A DNA stretch of 64,000 bases from Burkholderiales bacterium. GTDB lineage: Bacteria > Pseudomonadota > Gammaproteobacteria > Burkholderiales > Usitatibacteraceae. This document shows positions 1-8,236 of this stretch, piece by piece (the first letter of the stretch is position 1; every line of letters begins with the position of its first letter). The DNA lies in contig JBBRAM010000007.1 of NCBI GenBank assembly GCA_038206765.1, forward strand, positions 73,895 to 137,894, given 5' to 3'. The notes beneath the pieces are model-generated. The model saw only the letters and a list, made by a program, of their open reading frames with translations, did no database searches and was not told the origin of the DNA. Made by a program: the position numbers and the translations under genes.

Positions 1-88
1 CGTTATGATCGGATTAGACAGACTGGTCTAGCGAATTGGCAGAACGGCGGCTAGGGGTAATGAAGGCCGCACAGAAAGGGTTGCGCAG

Positions 89-979
89 ATGAATATCCAA
101 CAGCTTGAACTATTGGCCGCTGACGGCTATCGATTGGCCGCCACATACGTCGCGCCCGATCAAAATCAAGGAGAACTACAATTCATCGTTATCGGCTCCG
201 CGACCGCCGTACCGCGCGGCTTTTACCGTCGCTTTGCGGAGTATGCCGCTTCACGCGGGGTACATGTGTTGATGGTGGATTATCGCGGCATCGGAGATTC
301 CAAATATCCCCCGTACCAAAAATCACTGCGCGGTTTTAAAATGGAATATGCCGATTGGTCGCGGCTTGATTTAGCGGCGGCTGTTGATTGGTGTACCAAG
401 CGCGGCAAAACGTGGCTTGTCGGTCATAGCTTGGGCGCCCATGCGATTGGCCAACTGCCGAGCCCGAACGATTTGCAGGCAGCTTATATCTGCGGCGGGG
501 GCGCTGGCTGGCATGGCTGGATGCCGTTTCCGGAGAGCCTTAAGGTGTGGTTGCTGTGGAATGTGCTGGGACCGATCCTCACTCGAATTTACGGCTATCA
601 ACCCATGAGCAAGCTGGGCGTTGGCGAGGATTTGCCGATGGGCGTGTATCGTGATTGGCGGCGTTGGTGCCAGTTGCCACATTACTTTTTTGATGATTCA
701 GAACCACGGGCGAAGGCGATTGCCGCACGGTTTGCCGAGGTGCGAATCCCCATTGCTGCCGCCGTTGCCACCGATGATCTGTGGGCGACGCCAAAATCGC
801 GCGATGCATTTTTTAAAGGCTATGTGAACGCAAAAGTTGAGTCCATCGATATTGCCCCACAATCACTGGGTGTGCCGGGCGTCGGCCACATGGGTTATTA
901 CCGTGCCAATGTAGGCGCGGCGCTCTGGCCGCAAATGTTAGCGTGGTTAGAACGCAACGGGCTGCATTTGACACCTTAA
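89..979 (+). CDS. alpha/beta-fold hydrolase
   Basis: 296-aa ORF with nucleophile elbow GHSLGAH and upstream VDYRGIGDS, typical of the alpha/beta hydrolase fold. Overlapping ORFs in other frames have no recognisable features. Confidence 0.8.
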   Translation: MNIQQLELLAADGYRLAATYVAPDQNQGELQFIVIGSATAVPRGFYRRFAEYAASRGVHVLMVDYRGIGDSKYPPYQKSLRGFKMEYADWSRLDLAAAVDWCTKRGKTWLVGHSLGAHAIGQLPSPNDLQAAYICGGGAGWHGWMPFPESLKVWLLWNVLGPILTRIYGYQPMSKLGVGEDLPMGVYRDWRRWCQLPHYFFDDSEPRAKAIAARFAEVRIPIAAAVATDDLWATPKSRDAFFKGYVNAKVESIDIAPQSLGVPGVGHMGYYRANVGAALWPQMLAWLERNGLHLTP

Positions 980-1175
980 CTGGCAGGGACTTGCTGTTAA
1001 CGCAGACACCAGTACTAGCGGTCATTTCGAAGCGGTTTGCCTTCGAGAGCCGCTCCGAATAACGAGTTTGCCTTTCCATTTTTATCAGCCGCGCTGGCGT
1101 TTGCCATTCGGATTGGAAGAGTAGGGCTCTAGTGAGGCTCTCGGGGCCCTATTTCGCTGCCGTCATCATTGGCAT

Positions 1176-1223
1176 CCTCAGTGATGTCCTGAGTGGCGCC
1201 CTCAGTGGCGTCCTCAGTGGCGC
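1176..1223. repeat. imperfect 12-bp tandem repeat x4 (cctcagtgatgt / cctgagtggcgc / cctcagtggcgt / cctcagtggcgc) in an intergenic region
   Basis: Read directly from the sequence. It explains the PLRxPLR periodicity of the spurious minus-strand ORF 1149-1376. Confidence 0.85.
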
Positions 1224-1345
1224 CACCAAGCTACCAGTTGTAAGATATGGGTAATGGATACGACTAACGCTCGCATTCAAGACGCTTCGGATCGTCGTAC
1301 TTAACCTGTAATTAATCAAGCCAATCGGGTCGCAAAACGCATTAT

Positions 1346-1377
1346 GATGACGCAATTGTGAGCAAGATTGCGTCATC
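1346..1377. promoter_or_regulatory. perfect 11-bp inverted repeat GATGACGCAAT-N10-ATTGCGTCATC, candidate operator upstream of the radical SAM gene
   Basis: The arms at 1346-1356 and 1367-1377 are exact reverse complements. The right arm ends 72 nt before the ATG at 1450. No U-tract follows it, so it does not look like a terminator. Confidence 0.35.
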
Positions 1378-1449
1378 TCGTTGCCCCTTCAGATTACCTG
1401 CTCAAATTGCCTTTTTCACCTAGCCTTACAATAAATACGGAAACCTTCC

Positions 1450-2487
1450 ATGCACGCCACTCTGCATCTCATGAAATCACGCGGCTTCCCGCATATTCGC
1501 CGAAAAGTGCTCGACACCCTGCAAGTGAATATGGGCTATAAGTGCAATCAGGCTTGCTTTCATTGCCACGTAAACGCGAGCCCGGATCGCAAGGAAATGA
1601 TGTCGCTGGAGACGGTCGATGATGTTATTGCCTTCATGCGGACTGCATCGATTAAGACGCTCGATTTGACTGGCGGCGCACCCGAATTGAACGATCATTT
1701 TCGGTACTTGGTGGCCGCTGCACGCGCCATGGATGTGCGGGTGATTGACCGTTGCAATTTGACGATTTTAGAAGAGCCGGGGTTTGAAGATTTGGCGCAG
1801 TTTTTGGCCGTTCACCAAGTGGAAGTGAGCGCATCGCTGCCTTGTTATAGTCAGGAAAATGTCGATAAACAACGCGGTGACGGGGTGTTTGAAAAATCGA
1901 TTTCCGGCCTCAAAAAACTCAACGCGCTTGGCTATGGAAAAAGCGATACTAACCTAGTATTAAACCTTGTTTTTAACCCGCAAGGGCCAAAGCTGCCGCC
2001 CCCGCAAGAAGCGCTGGAAGCCGATTATCATCGATTGCTACAACAAAATTTTGGCATCGTCTTCAATCATTTGTTTACGATCACCAATATGCCAATCCAG
2101 CGCTTCGGATCGACCTTGGTTTCAAAAGGCCAATTTGAGCCTTATATGGATTTGCTGGTGTCGGCATTCCAAGCGCACAACCTTGATAACGTGATGTGTC
2201 GCTCGCTACTCTCGGTTGATTATCTCGGCTACGTTTACGATTGCGATTTCAATCAAATGTTGGCGCTGCCATTGCAGCACAAATCGCAACATAAAGCGCC
2301 AGTCAGCGAGCAACTCAAAACGCATCTGCGCGACCTTATGAACGTCGATTTGCAGGGTAACCCAATCGTCGTGAAGGATCATTGCTACGGTTGTACAGCG
2401 GGGCAAGGTTCTAGCTGCGGCGGCGCATTGGATGCCGAAGGTAACGCTCGTGGTAATACGCAGGCGGCATTGGCTGCGGCTGAATAG
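1450..2487 (+). CDS. radical SAM / Cys-rich (DUF3641-type) protein, ArsS family
   Basis: CxxxCxxC cluster CNQACFHC near the N-terminus. C-terminal Cys-rich block CYGCTAGQGSSCGG. Overall similarity to arsenosugar-biosynthesis radical SAM ArsS-like proteins. All-Cys form, with no in-frame TGA. Confidence 0.85.
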   Translation: MHATLHLMKSRGFPHIRRKVLDTLQVNMGYKCNQACFHCHVNASPDRKEMMSLETVDDVIAFMRTASIKTLDLTGGAPELNDHFRYLVAAARAMDVRVIDRCNLTILEEPGFEDLAQFLAVHQVEVSASLPCYSQENVDKQRGDGVFEKSISGLKKLNALGYGKSDTNLVLNLVFNPQGPKLPPPQEALEADYHRLLQQNFGIVFNHLFTITNMPIQRFGSTLVSKGQFEPYMDLLVSAFQAHNLDNVMCRSLLSVDYLGYVYDCDFNQMLALPLQHKSQHKAPVSEQLKTHLRDLMNVDLQGNPIVVKDHCYGCTAGQGSSCGGALDAEGNARGNTQAALAAAE

Positions 2488-2504
2488 CATTACCATCAGA
2501 AAAT

Positions 2505-3521
2505 ATGACATCCGGCCGCGCCTGCCCTCTTGGTTATCGCTATCCGGCAACGGTGTTCAACCGTGCAGCCGAGCTGCAAGCAGAGACAATTTACGTAGTT
2601 GGTGGCCTCTATGGCAATCGCGCGGCTGTAAATGAAATATTAAAAATGGCCGCGCAGGAAACCGTTGCGCCGACGTTGGTGTTCAACGGCGATTTCAATT
2701 GGTTCAATATTGATGCGGATGATTTTGTTGCGGTCAATACCGAGGTACTAAGGCACGTTGCGTTGCGCGGCAATGTTGAAACTGAATTGGCATCCGGCGA
2801 TGCAAACGACGCCGGCTGTGGCTGCGCGTACCCTGATTATGTGGACGATGCGGATGTTGAGCGCTCAAACCAAATTATGCAAAAATTGCGTGAAACTGCG
2901 AGAGCGTTCCCCGAAATATCAGCGCGCCTAGCGTCACTGCCAATGCATCTTGTGGTACAAGTTGGACCAGATGAAACCAAGCGATTTGGTATTGTGCATG
3001 GCGATGCAGAATCCCTGGCAGGTTGGCGCTTTGCACACGATAGTCTGCATGAAGCCGAGAATATCGCGTGGCTGCGGCAAACCTGCAATGCCGCCAATCT
3101 AATCGGCTTTGCCAGTAGCCACACTTGTTTGCCAACGCTTCGGCTTTTTAATTCATTGAACACTGCCGGCATCGTGAATACTGCAAACTCTACGAACGCA
3201 GCCGCCGCAACACACATGGTCATTAATAACGGCGCCGCAGGGATGCCCAATTTTGCCGGTACCGAATATGGCTTGATTTCGCGGCTTTCGATCCATCCGC
3301 CACGCGAGGGTTTATCGCAGTACGGCAACTTCGTTGATGGCATTTATATTGATGCCATCCCGATTCACTACGATGTCCAATTTTTTCGCGAGAAATTTCT
3401 TGCCAACTGGGTGCCGGGAACGCCAGCTCATCAATCCTACTTCCAACGGATCTCGCATGGCCCGAGCTACGCGCCGCCGCATGCGTTAGGCTTGGTCCGC
3501 GCACCATCGGTCTGCGCCTAA
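2505..3521 (+). CDS. calcineurin-like metallophosphoesterase-family protein with degenerate motif I
   Basis: Motif remnants FNGDFNWF (GD), LRGNVE (GN-x-E), IVHGD and SSHTC. The first motif reads VVGGLYGN instead of D-x-H-G. It starts 17 nt after the radical SAM stop, so it is probably co-transcribed. Confidence 0.6.
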   Translation: MTSGRACPLGYRYPATVFNRAAELQAETIYVVGGLYGNRAAVNEILKMAAQETVAPTLVFNGDFNWFNIDADDFVAVNTEVLRHVALRGNVETELASGDANDAGCGCAYPDYVDDADVERSNQIMQKLRETARAFPEISARLASLPMHLVVQVGPDETKRFGIVHGDAESLAGWRFAHDSLHEAENIAWLRQTCNAANLIGFASSHTCLPTLRLFNSLNTAGIVNTANSTNAAAATHMVINNGAAGMPNFAGTEYGLISRLSIHPPREGLSQYGNFVDGIYIDAIPIHYDVQFFREKFLANWVPGTPAHQSYFQRISHGPSYAPPHALGLVRAPSVCA

Positions 3522-3549
3522 GTTTAGAAATCGTGGAATTTGTCGCCGC

Positions 3550-3578
3550 GATGAATGCATTCGATGAACGCATTCATC
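3550..3578. promoter_or_regulatory. tandem 13-bp direct repeat (GATGAATGCATTC / GATGAACGCATTC) containing the palindrome GAATGCATTC; it also folds as a 9-bp inverted repeat
   Basis: Read directly from the sequence. It lies in the 152-nt gap between the phosphoesterase-like gene and the patatin gene, about 95 nt upstream of the ATG at 3674. Confidence 0.3.
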
Positions 3579-3673
3579 AATAAAGCGCACAATCAACGCT
3601 CATGTATTGCTGCGTTTCCGTAGTAAATCGGGGCGAACAAGTGAAACGGGTCAAGCCATTTTTAGGGGGCACT

Positions 3674-4876
3674 ATGAAAAAAATAACCCGCACCACTGCG
3701 GCGCGCAAAGCACATATGCCGCCAGTGCAGACAGCTAAACCCCGTTCGAGGCCAGTACCCAGCACAAGCAGCAGCACCAACCGCAACATCAAAAAAATCA
3801 ATCTTGCCCTGCAAGGCGGTGGTGCGCACGGTGCATTTACCTGGGGTGTAATGGACCAGTTGCTCGACGACGGCCGCATAAAAATTGAGGGCATATCAGG
3901 CACAAGTGCGGGTTCCATGAACGCAGTCGCTTATGCCTACGGCAATTTGATCGGCGGTAATGCGGGCGCTAAAGCCGCGTTGGAAAAATTTTGGAGGGCT
4001 GTGTCGGATGCAGGCCAGCGTTTTTCGCCCATAAAAACCATGCCATGGGAGCGTGCGATGGCGGGCTGGGCGGACGATAACGCGTTGGCATTCGAGGCTT
4101 TCAAATCAATCACGAATATGTTCTCGCCGCAACAGTTGAACCCGCTCAACTTCAATCCGCTACTTGATATTTTGAGTGAGCAAATCGATTTTACAGCGCT
4201 TAATACCTGTCAAGATACAAAGCTTTTCTTATCGGCAACCAACGTCAATACCGGTAAAGTGCGGGTGTTCAACACAACTGAAATTACTGCCAAATCAGTA
4301 ATGGCATCAGCTTGTTTGCCGAATATGTTCCAAGCGGTTGAAATCGAAGGCGAGTATTTTTGGGATGGCGGCTATATGGGCAATCCCTCACTGTTTCCGT
4401 TGTTTTATGCAACCGACGCAGCAGATGTGTTGATCGTTCACATCAATCCGATTGAACGCAATACGGTGCCCACGACATCCGCTGAAATTTACAATCGCGT
4501 GAATGAGATTAGCTTTAATTCTTCGCTGATTAAAGAGCTGCGCTCGGTCGCATTTGTACAAAAATTATTGGATGAGGGCTGGCTGAAAGATGAGCATCAA
4601 GACAAATTGAAATACGTGTTCATTCACTCGCTACGGGCTGATAAAGTGCTCGCTGATCTGTCAATTGCCAGTAAATTCTCCAGCGATTGGGATTTCTTGC
4701 AAACGCTGCGCGAACGTGGCCGTGCCGAAGCGGCAGCGTGGCTCGCGCAGAATTTTGACAATTTAGGTGCGCGCTCAACCGTTGACTTGCGTGCCGAGTT
4801 CTTAACCAGCGGCAGCGAATTGGTGAACTCGCCAAAGCTGCGAACGACTACATCTAAGGCGCGGAAAAAAGCGTAA
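3674..4876 (+). CDS. patatin-like phospholipase
   Basis: Oxyanion motif GGGAHGAFTWG, serine lipase motif GTSAG and catalytic Asp motif WDGGY. Start moved to the ATG at 3674, which is preceded by AGGGGG. The upstream 24 codons of the ORF look non-coding. Confidence 0.85.
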   Translation: MKKITRTTAARKAHMPPVQTAKPRSRPVPSTSSSTNRNIKKINLALQGGGAHGAFTWGVMDQLLDDGRIKIEGISGTSAGSMNAVAYAYGNLIGGNAGAKAALEKFWRAVSDAGQRFSPIKTMPWERAMAGWADDNALAFEAFKSITNMFSPQQLNPLNFNPLLDILSEQIDFTALNTCQDTKLFLSATNVNTGKVRVFNTTEITAKSVMASACLPNMFQAVEIEGEYFWDGGYMGNPSLFPLFYATDAADVLIVHINPIERNTVPTTSAEIYNRVNEISFNSSLIKELRSVAFVQKLLDEGWLKDEHQDKLKYVFIHSLRADKVLADLSIASKFSSDWDFLQTLRERGRAEAAAWLAQNFDNLGARSTVDLRAEFLTSGSELVNSPKLRTTTSKARKKA

Positions 4877-5067
4877 GGTCGTGTAAGAATGATGCACTTT
4901 ATACGACTTACACAACATACGGTTCATTACAATGCGAAGGTGTCGCGCTTACAACCATGCAAGCGATCAAAAACCGCGCTTCACTTAGTGCTACTTACCG
5001 CAACTTAGCAATCGGATCATTGGCTATTACGAGCATCACTGACTTACTGGGACAAAACTGGGACAAC

Positions 5068-7314
5068 ATGAAAAAAAGCAAACTCGTCGTTTTATTAGTC
5101 GTGGTCGCACTTATTGCGGCATTTTTTGTATTTAATCTGGGGCAGTATTTCAGTATTGATTATTTTAAATTGCAGCAGGCGGCAATCAATAATTACTACG
5201 CGGCAAACCCCGTTCAAACAGCGCTCATTTTCTTTGCGGTTTATATCGGCGTCACGGCGCTCTCGCTGCCCGGTGCCGCCATTCTGACGCTGGTAGCGGG
5301 CGCCATTTTTGGCCTGCTGTGGGGCATCGTGATCGTTTCATTTGCCTCAACAATTGGCGCGACATCCGCATTTCTAGTAGCGCGCTTTTTGTTACGCGAT
5401 TCTATTCAAGCCAAATTTGGCGACAAGCTGAAAGCATTCAACACTGGCGTTGAAAAAGAAGGCGGCTTTTATTTGTTCACGCTGCGCTTGGTGCCGGCAT
5501 TCCCGTTTTTTATGATTAACGTGGTCATGGGTTTAACGACCATGAAGGCTTGGACGTTTTTTTGGGTAAGCCAAGTCGGTATGTTTTTGGGCACGATTGT
5601 GTTCGTGAACGCCGGTACTGAGCTTGCGAAAATTACTTCACTGAAAGGTATTCTGCACCCTGGCTTACTGGGCGCCTTTGTGCTGCTCGGTGTTTTCCCG
5701 CTGATTGCAAAAAAAATCATCGGCATCTTCAAAGCCCGCAAAATCTACGCCAAATGGGCAAGCCAAAAACCAAAACATTTTGACCGTAACGTCGTTGTTA
5801 TCGGTGGCGGTTCAGCGGGCTTGGTGACGAGCTACATTGCGGCTGCCGTCAAAGCAAAAGTGACGCTGGTGGAAAAGCATAAGCTCGGCGGCGATTGCTT
5901 GAACACAGGCTGTGTGCCTTCGAAGGCGCTGATTCGCTCGGCCAAATTATTGAACCACATCCAGCGTTCCAAAGAATTTGGCATCGAATCCGCGACCGCT
6001 GAGTGGGACTTTGCGCAGGTAATGGAACGCGTACAGCGGGTCGTGACCGAGATCGAACCGCATGACTCAGTAGAGCGCTACACTGGGCTAGGCGTGGATT
6101 GTGCAAAAGGGTCGGCAAAAATATTAACCCCTTGGGCAGTCGAAATTACGGCTGATGACGGCACGAAAATTACGCTGACCACAAAGAATATCGTGATCGC
6201 TGCGGGAGCGCGCCCGTTCGTACCGCCAATTCCGGGTTTAGCTGAAGCAAACCCGCTCACATCAGACAATGTATGGAGCATCCGTAAACTGCCAAAGCGC
6301 TTGGTGGTACTGGGCGGCGGACCGATTGGTTGTGAACTCACGCAGTGCTTTGCGCGGTTTGGTTCGAAAGTGACGCAAGTCGAGATGGCGCCGCGCATCA
6401 TGATTCGCGAAGATGTTGAAGTATCCGAAATGGTGAAACGTAAATTTGAAGCCGAAGGTGTTGCGGTATTGGTGAATCACAAAGCCAAACAAGTATTGGT
6501 TGAGAACGGTGAAAAGTTTCTGGTCGTTGAGAACAACGGTAACGATATTCGAATCCCTTTTGATGAGATTTTGTGCGCCGTCGGACGTGTTGCCAACACC
6601 AAGGGCTACGGCTTAGAGGAGCTTGGCATTCCTGCCAACAAGGTCGTTGAAACTAACGATTATTTGGAAACGATTTATCCGAATATTTTTGCCTGTGGCG
6701 ATGTGGCGGGCCCGTATCAATTTACCCATACTGCTGCGCACATGGCGTGGTACACCGCCGTGAATGCGTTGTTTGGCAAGTTTAAAAAATTCAAAGTCGA
6801 TTATTCGGTGGTTCCGTGGGCGACTTTTACCGATCCGGAAGTGGCGCGTGTAGGCATTAACGAGCAAGAGGCGATTGAGAAAAAAATTGCCCATGATGTG
6901 CATGTATATGGCATGGATGATTTGGATCGCGCAATCACTGATGGCGAGGCGCACGGGCTTGTTAAAGTGATTACAGTCAAAGGCAAAGATAAAATTTTGG
7001 GCGCGACAATCGTCGGTGAACATGCCGGCGATTCGCTGGTGGAATTTGTCGCTGCGATGAAGCACGGGTTTGGCTTGGAAGGCATTTTGTCCACCATTCA
7101 TACCTATCCAACGTTTGGTGAAGGAAACAAGTACGCGGCAGGCATTTACAAACGGTCAACTGCGACCGTTGGCAAGTTGGCGGTGGGTAAGGCATTGAAC
7201 GATTGGACGCGTGGTGATGGTGGCATTGGGGCGCTGTTGGGCTCAGTCATTTCGTTAGTAGTCTCGCCGGACAATACACCTGCTTATCCAAAACAACCAT
7301 TGCACCTAAAATAA
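5068..7314 (+). CDS. bifunctional TVP38/TMEM64 (SNARE-associated, DedA-like) membrane domain fused to an FAD-dependent pyridine nucleotide-disulfide oxidoreductase
   Basis: The N-terminal ~230 aa are multi-TM (LRLVPAFPFFMINVVMG). They are followed by the Rossmann motif VVVIGGGSAGL, the redox-active disulfide GGDCLNTGCVPSKAL, a second GGGPIG NAD motif and a C-terminal dimerisation domain (TIHTYPTFGE). Start set at the ATG at 5068 (MKKSKLVV). Confidence 0.85.
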   Translation: MKKSKLVVLLVVVALIAAFFVFNLGQYFSIDYFKLQQAAINNYYAANPVQTALIFFAVYIGVTALSLPGAAILTLVAGAIFGLLWGIVIVSFASTIGATSAFLVARFLLRDSIQAKFGDKLKAFNTGVEKEGGFYLFTLRLVPAFPFFMINVVMGLTTMKAWTFFWVSQVGMFLGTIVFVNAGTELAKITSLKGILHPGLLGAFVLLGVFPLIAKKIIGIFKARKIYAKWASQKPKHFDRNVVVIGGGSAGLVTSYIAAAVKAKVTLVEKHKLGGDCLNTGCVPSKALIRSAKLLNHIQRSKEFGIESATAEWDFAQVMERVQRVVTEIEPHDSVERYTGLGVDCAKGSAKILTPWAVEITADDGTKITLTTKNIVIAAGARPFVPPIPGLAEANPLTSDNVWSIRKLPKRLVVLGGGPIGCELTQCFARFGSKVTQVEMAPRIMIREDVEVSEMVKRKFEAEGVAVLVNHKAKQVLVENGEKFLVVENNGNDIRIPFDEILCAVGRVANTKGYGLEELGIPANKVVETNDYLETIYPNIFACGDVAGPYQFTHTAAHMAWYTAVNALFGKFKKFKVDYSVVPWATFTDPEVARVGINEQEAIEKKIAHDVHVYGMDDLDRAITDGEAHGLVKVITVKGKDKILGATIVGEHAGDSLVEFVAAMKHGFGLEGILSTIHTYPTFGEGNKYAAGIYKRSTATVGKLAVGKALNDWTRGDGGIGALLGSVISLVVSPDNTPAYPKQPLHLK

Positions 7315-7324
7315 GGAGTAGCAA

Positions 7325-8191
7325 ATGAAGAAAATGATGAATCAAATGTTGAAATTTTCGGCAGGAGTGGTATTTACAATTTGTGCGCTTTCAATTGGGG
7401 CACTCCCCATGACCGCATCCGCCCAGCCGTTTGACCACTCCCATGCCGCCTTCACCACAATCTTAAAAAACCATGTGGTCTCAACCGATGGTGGCAAATC
7501 ATCGCAGGTGAAATACGCTGAATTGCAGAAAGATCATGCGCAACTCAAAACCTATTTGGAAAGTCTTTCAAAGGTTTCGGAGTCGGAATTTAATAGCTGG
7601 ACCAAACCGCAACGCATGGCGTTTTTAATTAACGCTTACAACGGGTTTACGCTTGAATTGATTTTGCAGAACTATCCGGTGAAATCGATTAAGGATATTG
7701 GCGGCACGTTCGACAATCGCTGGAAGCGGAAATTTTTCAAGTTGTTTGGGCAGGATTTTTATCTCGATAAAATTGAGCACGAAACTTTGCGAAAACCCGG
7801 CGCATTCGATGAGCCGCGAGTTCATTTCGCAGTTAACTGTGCCTCCATCGGCTGTCCGGCTCTGCGCGAAGAAGCGTTCACTGCCGATAAATTGGACAAG
7901 CAATTGGAAGAACAAACCGTGCGATTTTTATCGGATCGTTCGCGCAATCGCTATGACACCAAGAGTGGGAAATTGGATGTTTCAATGATCTTTAAATGGT
8001 TCAGCGTGGACTGGGAATCCGGCTATAAAGGCTTCGACGGAAAAACACCCGCCATCAAAACCCGTGAGGATTATTTCGCTCGCTACGCTAAATTACTAGC
8101 CGATGCGCCAGCTGATCAGCAAAAAATTGCTGATGGCAAAGCAACGATTTCAACGTTGGATTATAGTTGGTTGTTAAACGGCGCGAAGTAG
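7325..8191 (+). CDS. DUF547 domain-containing protein with a signal peptide
   Basis: N-terminal signal sequence ending ASAQP. DUF547 hallmarks AFLINAYNGFTL and RVHFAVNCASIGCPALR. It starts 10 nt after the upstream stop. Confidence 0.7.
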   Translation: MKKMMNQMLKFSAGVVFTICALSIGALPMTASAQPFDHSHAAFTTILKNHVVSTDGGKSSQVKYAELQKDHAQLKTYLESLSKVSESEFNSWTKPQRMAFLINAYNGFTLELILQNYPVKSIKDIGGTFDNRWKRKFFKLFGQDFYLDKIEHETLRKPGAFDEPRVHFAVNCASIGCPALREEAFTADKLDKQLEEQTVRFLSDRSRNRYDTKSGKLDVSMIFKWFSVDWESGYKGFDGKTPAIKTREDYFARYAKLLADAPADQQKIADGKATISTLDYSWLLNGAK

Positions 8192-8236
8192 GCCGCGAGA
8201 GCAAGCGCCAAGGGAAATTTACATACCTGCATTGAC

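Noticed and set aside
371-682. Many 60-170-aa ORFs in the track lie antisense to or out of frame with strongly supported genes. Examples are 371-682, 2837-3343, 6613-7101, 14263-14604, 22124-22528, 34302-34748, 35905-36348, 39558-39956, 46771-47136, 50293-50661, 54278-54769, 55524-56084 and 63198-63977.
   Set aside because: Each is embedded entirely in a CDS with clear family motifs on another frame or strand. Their translations are Arg/Ala/Ser/Pro-rich, as expected from off-frame reading of GC-rich coding DNA, and show no motifs.
1149-1376. 75-aa minus-strand ORF in the hydrolase / radical SAM intergenic region.
   Set aside because: Its PLRxPLR periodicity is just the translation of the 12-bp tandem repeat at 1176-1223. 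It has no RBS and no family resemblance.
1450-2487. Possible selenocysteine (in-frame TGA) in the ArsS-family radical SAM protein, as occurs in some family members.
   Set aside because: The frame is uninterrupted, and every position of the C-terminal Cys-rich motif is encoded by a Cys codon. No SECIS-like hairpin is needed.
3602-3673. Longer N-terminal extensions offered by the ORF track. These apply to patatin 3602, the TVP38 fusion 4957, cytochrome c 19421, rfbA 20997, rfbC 21982, wzm 25205, CBS 44456, sspB 45203, mscL 49193, the protease 49739, the membrane protein 60856, waaA 14705, the GT2 41997 and uvrD 59497.
   Set aside because: The extensions overlap upstream genes, contain a terminator hairpin (49748-49783), or lack similarity to the family N-terminus. 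Internal ATGs with an RBS or ATGA coupling fit better.
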